From positions 117,304,001-117,368,000 of the forward strand of contig OZ024743.1 of assembly GCA_964016885.1 (NCBI GenBank): a stretch of 64,000 nucleotides of DNA, written 5' to 3'. The stretch is from Eledone cirrhosa. Lineage: Eukaryota. A program made the translations under genes and the position numbers. Below the pieces are notes generated by a model. The model saw only the letters and a program-made list of their open reading frames with translations, had not been told where the DNA came from and ran no database searches. Below are positions 54,762-64,000 of this stretch, one piece after another (the stretch's first letter is position 1; each line of letters opens with the position of its first letter).

Positions 54762-57700
54762 CACCATTAACAAGAGGAAGGCAACGACGACAACAGTGTC
54801 ATTAACAACAACAACTCTACCATTAACAAGAGGAAGCCAACTCCAGCATCAGTGACTCACCTCCAGCGCCCCTTATTTTCTCTCTTGTTTTCTGGCACCT
54901 CCATATATATAGGTGAGCTATGAGGCCCTCTTACCAGCACTTTCCCTTCCACCCACACACGCCAGCCACCCACCTCTGAAGCGCTCGGTGCCCCAGTCCT
55001 CGGCCCCACTCCCCATCGCCCACCCCTCCAAGCCGACACCTGCAGCACTTTCAGCACCACTAACAAACGGAAGAGGGGTCGGAACTGTTTGGGGGTGCAG
55101 CTGCTTCCACCACCTCACACGCGTTGGCTTGACTCGTCGAGCGTCCAATCCCCTCGCAGCGTGGAGGTTCAGGAGCTGCCTCTTTCCCACGTCTTCACAA
55201 CCACGGCCGTCTGGCACACCACCGGATGGGACAGCGAGCTTGTCTGACGCTCGAGCCTCGCTGGTCAACATCGCTCGGTTCAGGCGGCTCCGGAAGATCC
55301 CACTCAGGAGCCCGAGAGCGGCACGGGTGCCAGTAGCCGATGCCCTCGCTTCCTTGATTGAGAGCGCCCTGGACTCCAATCGAGCCAGTGACTGGGAGCG
55401 GCTGTTCTATTTCGCCCCACTCGCCCTCGGCCTCCCCAACTCTGGCGCTGACCGGGGCGGCCGGTCAACAGCAGCCTTCGTCAAGGCCAATGTCTCGTTC
55501 TTTGGGCGAGCGCCCATTCCAAGCGTGCCCAGGGACACCACACCCCCACCGTCAGATACCCCCTATCCTCCACCCCAGAGGCCAGCGCCAAGCGTTTGAG
55601 TGACCAGGTAAACGCCAATCTTATCATGGGTAATGTCTCGGCCGCAGTCAGAGTTGTTGCCTCAGAGGACACTGTCCTCCAACCCAACAAGGCGGTCCTG
55701 GCTGCTCTTCGGCTCAAACACCCTCAGCCACCCACTGATCTCAGACCCATACCCCCACCCGACCCCCACGTGCTCCTTGTGGCTACTGATGCAGACATCA
55801 TGTCCGCCATCAGGTCCTTCCCAGCGAGCAGCTGCGGAGGTTTTTATAGTCTCCGACCAGGCCACCCCAAAGAGTTGACATCCCCCCTCTCCGCTGAGGC
55901 CATGCCTCCCCATCTGAGTGCAATTGTGGTGCTCACCAATAGGCTCATCCATGGTGCCCTGGAAGCTTACGCCCGAGGCCTCTTTTTTCGGCCAGCCTCA
56001 CCGCTCTCAGGAAGAAAGATGGTGGCATACGCCCCATTGCTGTGTGCAATCTCTTCCGGAGGCTGGCTGCCAAGGTGATCTGCAAGTCCGTAACACACAA
56101 ACTGGGTGAGGAGTTTAGTCCGGTGCAACTGGGTGTCGGCGTGTCTGTTGGCTGTGAGGGGGCCGCTCCTGCAACTAGGCAATTCTTCAACAGCTGCCCA
56201 TCGGAACCGGCATCCAGGGACTCCAGGCACATCATTGTCAAGCTTGACATGAGGAATGCCTACAACTCTTTACGCCGGCATCATCTGCTCGTGGCCTGCC
56301 TCAGCCGAGCCCCCTCTGCCTACCCGCTCGCCTACCTGTCATATGGAGCCGCGAGCATGCTCCTTGCTGCTGATACGGTCATACCCTCGGCTACTGGGGT
56401 CCAAAAGGGCGACCCTTTGGGACCCCTCCCGTTCGCCCTTGGTATTGACCACATCGCTCGGAGTACCCAGGCCCCTCTCAACTTTTGGTATCTGGATGAT
56501 GCTACGTTGGGCGGGCCCGTACGGACGGTCTGCCCTGACCTTCAATCGGTGGTGCCTGCCCTGGCCGGAGTCGGCCGCCAGGTAAACTCGGTCAAGTCGG
56601 AGGTGGTGAACGTCAGCCTCGATGCTGCGATCTTTTCAGCATCCGTCTTGGACGTGCTGTCCATTCTCCAAAGAGGATGTACTCATCCTCGGGTCCGGAT
56701 CCACCCGCCGGCCATCCGCTCCACCATCAGGTCCAGGCTTCAACAGCTCCAGACTCTCACGAGCCGACTGGGCTTGATTGACGGCCACCCAGCTCTCTTT
56801 CTGCTGAGGAACTGCTTCGCAATGACGAAGCTCATCTATACACTCCGCAGCGATCCATGCTACACCCAGAGATCTCTCCTCTCTGACCTCGATACTTGTT
56901 TCCGAGCAGCAGCCGAGAGGATATGCAACGTCAAGTTTGACGAAACAGGGTGGAAACAGGCCACTTTACCTGTCAGGTATGGCGGCCTTGGACTCCGATC
57001 CCCGATTTCACTAGCTTTGTCGGCGTACCTTTCATCGATAACCTCGTGCCACGTCCTCGTCAGCAGGGTTCTTCAAAACACAAAAGAACCCTCTGTGTTC
57101 AGAGAACGTGTTCCCACTGTGTTCAGAGAGGTGGGACCGGCTGGGACTTAGCCCAGTAGACGTTCCTCCTCCTTCTCGCCCTATTTATTTCAAGTCCCCC
57201 CAACGCACTTGGGATGACATCCAGTGCAGCCTGGTCTCAGACAGGTTCACGCGCTAGCTCGACCAGCACAGCCTTGCTTGTTTTCGTGCGGATACCAAAC
57301 CCCAAAGTAGTACCTGTCTCCATGCCCGGCCCTCCTTCTCCACTGGCACGCAGCTAACAACTATAGCCTGCGAATCTGCGTTTCCCTGAAGCTCGAACAC
57401 CGGATCTGCCAGCCACACCAATGTCGATGCGGTTCCACCGTGGAGTCTTTCGGCCTCCACCCGCTTTCCTGTCGCCACAGTACCGGCCTCAGTCCACGCT
57501 ATGCTGCCCTCAACGAGGTCTTTAAGCATGGCTTGGATGCTGTAGGCTCCTCATCCCAGCTCTAACCGGTGGGGCTGGATAGAGGGGACGGCAGAAAGCC
57601 AGATGGCATGACCATCTTCCCGTTCCACCGTGGCACACCCCTCGTCTGGGATGCCACTTGCACGGATACTTTCTGCAGCCGCAACCTGGTGCAACTGACC

Positions 57701-57762
57701 CAGGTTCTGCTGCACGTCGGGCTTAGGCGGCCAAAGTCCTCAAATACCGGTCGCGCTCCGAG
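54762..57762 (+). mobile_element. Near-full-length, frameshifted CRE-clade non-LTR retrotransposon (RT + restriction-like endonuclease)
   Basis: LRLKHP, LRPGHPK, FRRLAAK, PVQLGVG..GCE, KLDMRNAYNSL, GVQKGDPLGP, WYLDD, ATLPVRYGGLGLR, DGRKPDGMTIFPF..LVWDATCTDT; the 3' end is lost and joined to a tRNA-Asn 3' remnant. Confidence 0.88.
56042..57151 (+). pseudogene. Reverse transcriptase domain of the CRE-like element
   Basis: 369-aa ORF with GVQKGDPLGP and WYLDD motifs. Confidence 0.9.
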
Positions 57763-58122
57763 AGGTCCATCCAGGATAGTAATGGTCTACTTTTGCATTA
57801 GAAAGATTACTAAAAATCTGTATATTTAAGTTTACAGCTTGTATTTAGCATTATTTGTAACACTCATACATGTTTAAATGTATTATCCTGATAGAGATTA
57901 ATTTTGCATTACGTTATCTAAACCATTTAATCTCTACTGGATTGTATTTCATAAAAAATGGTCATATTTATAACTTAACCAAACGCTGACCATCATCTCA
58001 TTGAACACTCTTTTTTTAAATAAATATAATCTATTTAGATTGTTAAATTTAACACTCTAGAGTAGATTATATTTATTTTTGTTTAAGTTCTTTCGGAAAT
58101 ATACACACAGCACACATCATTA

Positions 58123-58195
58123 ACCGGAACAGCTCATTCGGTAGAGCAGGAGACAGTTAATCTCGGAGTCCTGTGTTTGAGCCCCTCGTTGTGTG
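58123..58195 (+). pseudogene. tRNA-Lys pseudogene
   Basis: Diverged array copy. Confidence 0.7.
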
Positions 58196-58594
58196 AAAAT
58201 GTATTGTTTCCATAATTTGTTTCATAAAATTGACATTAACATTAAATATATATTACGAAATAAATATATGGTACATTACGTATTATGATTATTTGATAGT
58301 CATCCTCAATATCTAATAACAAAGAGACATTTTCGGTGAATTTTCAAAACCTTCACATATACTTATAAAATTATTTTTCTATAGGTATGATATGATTTTA
58401 CTAATATTAATTTTAGAATATAGAAATTGCAACAGGTAAAAGGATGTTCAATTCAAACGTACATTTATTGCACGAAGAAAAGCTTGTTTCTTAAGAATGA
58501 ATGATTATATTTCTTTAATTATTTGTTTAATATATTTATATTGTGACGATATGGATGTAATTATGACGTCAAATATATAAACTGTAGCCGTGTA

Positions 58595-58668
58595 GACAAA
58601 ATAGCTTAGTTCGGAGAGTGTTAGACTCTCAATTCTAAAGGTCTCCTGTTCAATCCCGGGTTTCGGCA
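58595..58668 (+). pseudogene. tRNA-Phe pseudogene
   Basis: Anticodon loop altered; 3' half caatcccgggtttcggca retained. Confidence 0.75.
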
Positions 58669-58944
58669 TGCTGACGTATTATTTCCACAATTATTTCTAT
58701 TGTTGTTTATAGCGATCTCTATATTATTTAAAATTTCAATTAATCAAATTTTTATTTTTCAGTTATCAAAAAATCAGTTTTATTTTGAATAAGGAAGTTC
58801 AATTCAAATATTTATGGTTTACATAAAAATTATTCGTTTCTTAATCATAAATGATTATATTTCTCGCAGTATTTGTTTAATATAAATATATTTTGACGAT
58901 ACTGATGTAATTATGACGTCAAATAGAGTGTCACTGGCCGTACA

Positions 58945-59018
58945 GCCGAAATAGCTCAGTTGGGAGTGCGTTAGACTGAAGATCTGAAGGTCCCATGTTC
59001 AATCCCGGGTTTTCTGCT
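58945..59018 (+). tRNA. tRNA-Phe(GAA), probably defective
   Basis: gccgaaatagctcagttggga..ttagactgaagatc; acceptor 3' strand mutated. Confidence 0.7.
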
Positions 59019-59324
59019 TGCAGACATATTATTTCCTCAAATATTTCTAATGATTTTGATAGAGAACTATATATGATTTAAAGAACAATTAATCGAATGG
59101 TTCATTTGTCAGTCATCAAAAAGTCACTTTTATTTTTGTAGACATCAAAGAATACCAACTATCAGCAAAACGTCATATAGTTCAGGTGTGTTTTTGAACA
59201 TTTAGTTCCGATTCAATAAAAGAGCAATATTAGACGAAAATATCAGCTATTCAGTTCATCAATTCAAATAATGTGTTGAACATTCTAAACGAAACTGTCT
59301 ATATATGAATGTATAGTAAGAGCT

Positions 59325-59398
59325 GTCTCTGTGGCGCAATCGGTTAACGCGTTCGGCTGTTAACTGAAAGGTTGGTGGTTCAACTCCACCCAGGTACG
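59325..59398 (+). tRNA. tRNA-Asn(GTT)
   Basis: gtctctgtggcgcaatcggtta..ctgttaa..; several substitutions. Confidence 0.75.
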
Positions 59399-59736
59399 TA
59401 ATAGTCTACTTTTGCTTTAGAAACATTACTAAAAAATCTGTATATTTAGGTTTACAGCTTGCATTTAGAATTATTTGTAACACTAATACATGTTTCAATA
59501 TATTAGCCTGATAAAGGTTAATTTTGCTCTACGTTACCTAAACCATTTCATCTCTACTGGATTGTATTTCACCAAAAATCTTCATATTTCTATCTTAAAC
59601 GAACACTGATCATCATCTGATGGAACATATAAAGTGTATGTTATGAAAAATATTCAAATGTTTTAACAATCTAAAGTAGATTATATTTATGTTTGTTTAA
59701 GTTCTTTCGTAAATATACATTCAACACGCACCATTG

Positions 59737-59809
59737 ATCCGGCTAGCTCAGTCGGTAGAGCAGGAGACACTTAATCTCAGAGTCCAGGGTTCGTGTGCAA
59801 CGTTGGGTG
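59737..59809 (+). pseudogene. tRNA-Lys(CTT)-like pseudogene
   Basis: U33 replaced by A (cacttaa) and T stem disrupted. Confidence 0.8.
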
Positions 59810-60203
59810 AAAATGGTATTGTTTCCATATGTTTTATAAAATTGACATTAATATTAATATTACGAAATAGTTATATGGTACATTCATGTATCATGATCAA
59901 TTGATATTCACCCTAAATATCTAATAGCAAAGCGAAATTTTCAGTGAGTTTTCAAAACATTCTTATATATTTATGAAATTATTTTGCTATAGGTATGATA
60001 TATGATTTTAATAATATTAATTTTAGTATATAGAACTTGCAACATGAATAAGGACGTTCAATTCAAATATTTATGTCTTACATAAAAATTACACGTTTCT
60101 AAATCATAAATGATTATATTTCTCGAAGTATTTGTTTAATATAAATATATTGTGACGATACTGATGTAATTATGAGGTCAACTAGAGAGTCACTAGCTGT
60201 ACA

Positions 60204-60276
60204 GCCTAAATAGCTCAGTTGGGAGAGCGTTAGACTGAAGATCTAAAGGTCCCCTGTTCAATCCCGGGTTAAGGCA
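60204..60276 (+). tRNA. tRNA-Phe(GAA)
   Basis: 73 nt, close to the metazoan Phe consensus; one acceptor-stem and one T-stem mismatch. Confidence 0.8.
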
Positions 60277-60582
60277 TGCAGACGTGTTATTTTCTCAAAT
60301 ATTTCTAATGTTTTTGATAGAGAACTATATATGATTTAAAGAACAATTAATCGAATGGTTCATTTGTCAGTCATCAAAGAGTCACTTTTATTTTAGTAGA
60401 CACCAAATAATACCAACTATCAGCAAAACGTCATATAGTTCAGGTGTGTTTTTGAACATTTAGTTCCGATTCAATAAAAGAGGAATATTAGACGACAATA
60501 TCAGCGATACAGTTTATCAATTCAAATAATGTGTTGATCATTCTGAACGAAACTGTCTATATATGGATGTATAGTAAGAGCT

Positions 60583-60656
60583 GTCTCTGTGGCGCAATCG
60601 GTTAGCGCGTTCGACTGTTAACTGAAAGGTTGGTGGTTCAAGTCCACCCAGGGACG
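60583..60656 (+). tRNA. tRNA-Asn(GTT)
   Basis: 74 nt, near consensus. Confidence 0.85.
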
Positions 60657-60994
60657 TAATAGTCTACTTTTGCTTTAGAAACATTACTAAAAAATCTGTA
60701 TATTTAGATTTACAGCTTGCATTTAGAATTATTTGTAACACTAATACATGTTTCAATATATTAGCCTGATAAAGATTAATTTTGCTTTACGTTACCTAAA
60801 CCATTTCATCTCTACTGGATTGTATTTCACCAAAAATCTTCATATTTCTATCTTAAACGAACACTGATCATCATCTGATGGAACATATAAAGTGTATGTT
60901 ATAAAAAAAATTCAAATGTTTTAACAATCTAAAGTAGATTATATTTATGTTTGTTTAAGTTCTTTCGTAAATATACATTCAGCACGCACCATTG

Positions 60995-61067
60995 ATCCGG
61001 CTAGCTCAGTCGGTAGAGCAGGAGACACTTAATCTCAGAGTCCAGGGTTCGTGTCCAACGTTGGGTG
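60995..61067 (+). pseudogene. tRNA-Lys(CTT)-like pseudogene
   Basis: Same lesions as 59737. Confidence 0.8.
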
Positions 61068-61449
61068 AAAATGGTATTGTTTCCATGATATGTTTTATAA
61101 AATTGAAATTAATATTAATATTACGAAATAATTATATGGTACATTCATGTATCATGATCAATTGATATTCACCCTAAATATCTAATAGCAAAGCGAAATT
61201 TTCAGTGAGTTTTCAAAACATTCTTATATATTTATGAAATTATTTTGCTATAGGTATGATATGAATTTACTAATATTAATTTTAGTATATAGAACTTGCA
61301 ACTTCAATTCAAATATTTATGTTTTACATAAAGATTACTCGTTTCTAAACCATAAATGATTATATTTCTCGAAGTATTTGTTTAATACAAATATATTGTG
61401 GCGATACTGATGTAATTATGACGTCAAATAGAGAGTCACTAGCTGTACA

Positions 61450-61521
61450 GCCGAAATAGCTCAGTTGGGAGACGTTAGGCTGAAAATCTAAAGGTCCCCT
61501 GTTCAATCCCGGGTTTCGGCA
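61450..61521 (+). tRNA. tRNA-Phe(GAA), 1-nt deletion in the D stem
   Basis: 72 nt; gggagacgttaggctgaaaatc. Confidence 0.7.
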
Positions 61522-61827
61522 TGCAGACGTATTATTTTCTCAAATATTTCTAATGATTTTGATAGAGAACTATATATGATTTAAAGAACAATTAATCGAA
61601 TGGTTCATTTGTCAGTCATCAAAAAGTCACTTTTATTTTAGTAGACACCAAATAATACGAACTATCAGCAAAACGTCATATAGTTCAGGTGTGTTTTTGA
61701 ACATTTAGTTCCGATTCAATAAAAGAGGAATATTAGACGACAATATCAGCGATACAGTATATCAATTCAAATAATGTGTTGATCATTCTGAACGAAACTG
61801 TCTATATATTGATGTATAGTAAGAGCT

Positions 61828-61901
61828 GTCTCTGTGGCGCAATCGGTTAGCGCGTTCGACTGTTAACTGAAAGGTTGGTGGTTCGAGTCCACCCAGGGAC
61901 G
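61828..61901 (+). tRNA. tRNA-Asn(GTT)
   Basis: 74 nt with ggttcgagtcc B box. Confidence 0.87.
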
Positions 61902-62239
61902 TAATAGTCTACTTTTGCTTTAGAAACATTACTAAAAAATCCGTATATTTAGGTTTACAGCTTGCATTTAGAATTATTTGTAACACTAATACATGTTTCA
62001 ATATATTAGCCTGATAAAGATTAATTTTGCTTTACGTTACCTAAACCATTTCATCTCTACTGGATTGTATTTCACCAAAAATCTTCATATTTCTATCTTA
62101 AACGAACACTGATCATCATCTAATGGAACATATAAAGAGTACGTTATAACAAAAATTCAAAAGTTTTAACAATCTAAAGTAGATTATATTTATGTTTGTT
62201 TAAGTTCTTTCGTAAATATACATTCAGGACGCACGATTG

Positions 62240-62312
62240 ATCCGGCTAGCTCAGTATGTAGAGCAGGAGACACTTAATCTCAGAGTCCAGGGTTCGTGTC
62301 CAACGTTGGGTG
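62240..62312 (+). pseudogene. tRNA-Lys(CTT)-like pseudogene
   Basis: Same lesions as 59737, plus a D-loop change. Confidence 0.8.
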
Positions 62313-62707
62313 AAAATGTTATTGTTTGCATGATATGTTTTATAAAATTGACATTAATATTAATATTACGAAATAATTATATGGTACATTCATGTATCAT
62401 GATCAATTGATATTCACCCTAAATATCTAATAGCAAAGCGAAATTTTCAGTGAATTTTCAAAACATTCTTATATATTTATGAAATTATTTTGCTATAGGT
62501 ATGATATGAATTTACTAATATTAATTTTAGTATATAGAACTTGCAACAGGAATAAGCAAGTTCAATTCAAATATTTATGTTTTACATATAAATTACTCGT
62601 TTCTAAATCATAAATGATTATATTTCTCGAAGTATTTGTTTAATCTAAATATATTGTGGCGATACTGATGTAATTATGACGTCAAATAGAGAGTCACTAG
62701 CTGTACA

Positions 62708-62780
62708 GCCTAAATAGCTCAGTTGGGAGAGCGTTAGACTGAAGATCTAAAGGTCCCTTGTTCAATCCTGGGTTTCGGCA
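62708..62780 (+). tRNA. tRNA-Phe(GAA)
   Basis: 73 nt with a few stem mismatches. Confidence 0.78.
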
Positions 62781-63086
62781 TGCAGACTTATTATTTTCTC
62801 AAATATTTCTAATGATTTTGATAGAGAACTATATATGATTTAAATAACAATTAATCGAATGGTTCCTTTGTCAGTCATCAAAAAGTCACTTTTATTTTAG
62901 TAGACACCAAATAATACCAACTATCAGCAAAACGTCATATAGTTCAGGTGTGTTTTTGAACATTTAGTTCCGATTCAGTAAAAGAGGAATATTAGACGAC
63001 AATATCAGCTATTCAGTTTATCAATTCAAATAATGTGTTGAACATTCTAAACGAAACTGTCTATATATGAATGTATAGTAAGAGCT

Positions 63087-63092
63087 GTCTCT

Positions 63093-63126
<34 letters not shown>

Positions 63127-63160
63127 TGAAAGGTTGGTGGTTCAAGTCCACCCAGGGACG
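63087..63160 (+). tRNA. tRNA-Asn(GTT), best-preserved copy
   Basis: All stems pair when G-U is allowed; a tttt run follows ~11 nt downstream. Confidence 0.9.
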
Positions 63161-63498
63161 TAGTAGTCTACTTTTGCTTTAGAAACATGACTAAAACATC
63201 TGTATATTTAGGTTTACAGCTTGCATTTAGAATTATTTGTAACACTAATACATGTTTTAACATATTACCCTGATAAAGATTAATTTTTATTTACGTTACC
63301 TAAACCATTTCATCTCTACTGGATTGTATTTCACCAAAAATCTTCATATTTCTATCTTAAACGAACACTGATCATCATCTGATGGAACATATACAGTGTA
63401 TGTTATAAAAAAAATTCAAATGTTTTAACAATCTAAGGTAGATTATATTTATGTTTGTTTAAGTTCTTTCGTAAATATACATTCAGCACGCACCATTG

Positions 63499-63571
63499 AT
63501 CCGGCTAGATCAGTCGGTAGAGCAGGAGACACTTAATCTCAGAGTCCAGGGTTCGTGTCCAACGTTGGGTG
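63499..63571 (+). pseudogene. tRNA-Lys(CTT)-like pseudogene
   Basis: Same lesions as 59737. Confidence 0.8.
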
Positions 63572-63966
63572 AAAATGGTATTGTTTCCATGATATGTTTT
63601 ATAAAATTGACGTTAATATTAATATTACGAAATAATTATATGGTACATTCATGTATCATGATCAATTGATATTCACCCTAAATATCTAATTGCAAAGCGA
63701 AATTTTCAGTGAGTTTTCAAAGCATTCTTATATATTTATGAAATTATTTTGCTATAGGTATGATATGAATTTACTAATATTAATTTTAGTATATAGAACT
63801 TGCAACAGGAATAAGCAAGTTCAATTCAAGTAGTTATGTTTTACATAAAAATTACTCGTTTCTAAATCATAAATGATTATATTTCTCGAAGTATTTGTTT
63901 AATATATATATATTGTGACGATACTGATGTAATTATGACGTCAAATAGAGAGTCACTAGTTATACA

Positions 63967-64000
63967 GCCGAAATAGCTCAGTTGGGAGAGCGTTAGACTG
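63967..64000 (+). tRNA. tRNA-Phe 5' part, cut off by the window end
   Basis: gccgaaatagctcagttgggagagcgttagactg. Confidence 0.85.

Larger units (their letters stand above)
51240..64000 (+). repeat. Tandem tRNA gene array (unit ~1.26 kb: Phe, Asn, pseudo-Lys); degenerate 51.2-58.7 kb, regular from ~58.8 kb
   Basis: Phe genes start at 58945, 60204, 61450, 62708 and 63967 with near-identical spacers. Confidence 0.95.

Noticed and set aside
58595-58668. tRNA with a novel (shifted) anticodon
   Set aside because: Mutations throughout the gene indicate a Phe pseudogene rather than an anticodon switch
58800-64000. CRISPR-like or prokaryotic repeat array
   Set aside because: Spacers are near-identical and the repeats are eukaryotic tRNA genes

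Overview
AT-rich, microsatellite-dense animal DNA; the SINE families and repeat landscape suggest a cephalopod (octopus-like) genome, which is an inference. There is no intact long gene, only one possible spliced host-gene exon near 1.2-1.6 kb on the minus strand. Almost all ORFs in the track are microsatellite translations. Positions 1-51 kb are a graveyard of mobile elements: tRNA-derived SINEs, RTE, R4/Dong and Tx1 non-LTR fragments, two mariners, Helitron pieces and a hAT-like MITE. They also hold many short inverted-duplicated elements beside (TA)n tracts, and at least five of these sequence families carry minimal type-I hammerhead ribozyme motifs, consistent with Penelope-like/retrozyme-type elements. 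From about 51.2 kb to the end lies the edge of a tandem tRNA array (about 1.26 kb unit: Phe-GAA, Asn-GTT, pseudo-Lys-CTT). Its degenerate margin holds two pieces of a CRE-clade (RT + restriction-like endonuclease) retrotransposon, both abutting tRNA sequence, one flanked by a 135-bp duplication. All calls were made by eye, without alignment or folding software.
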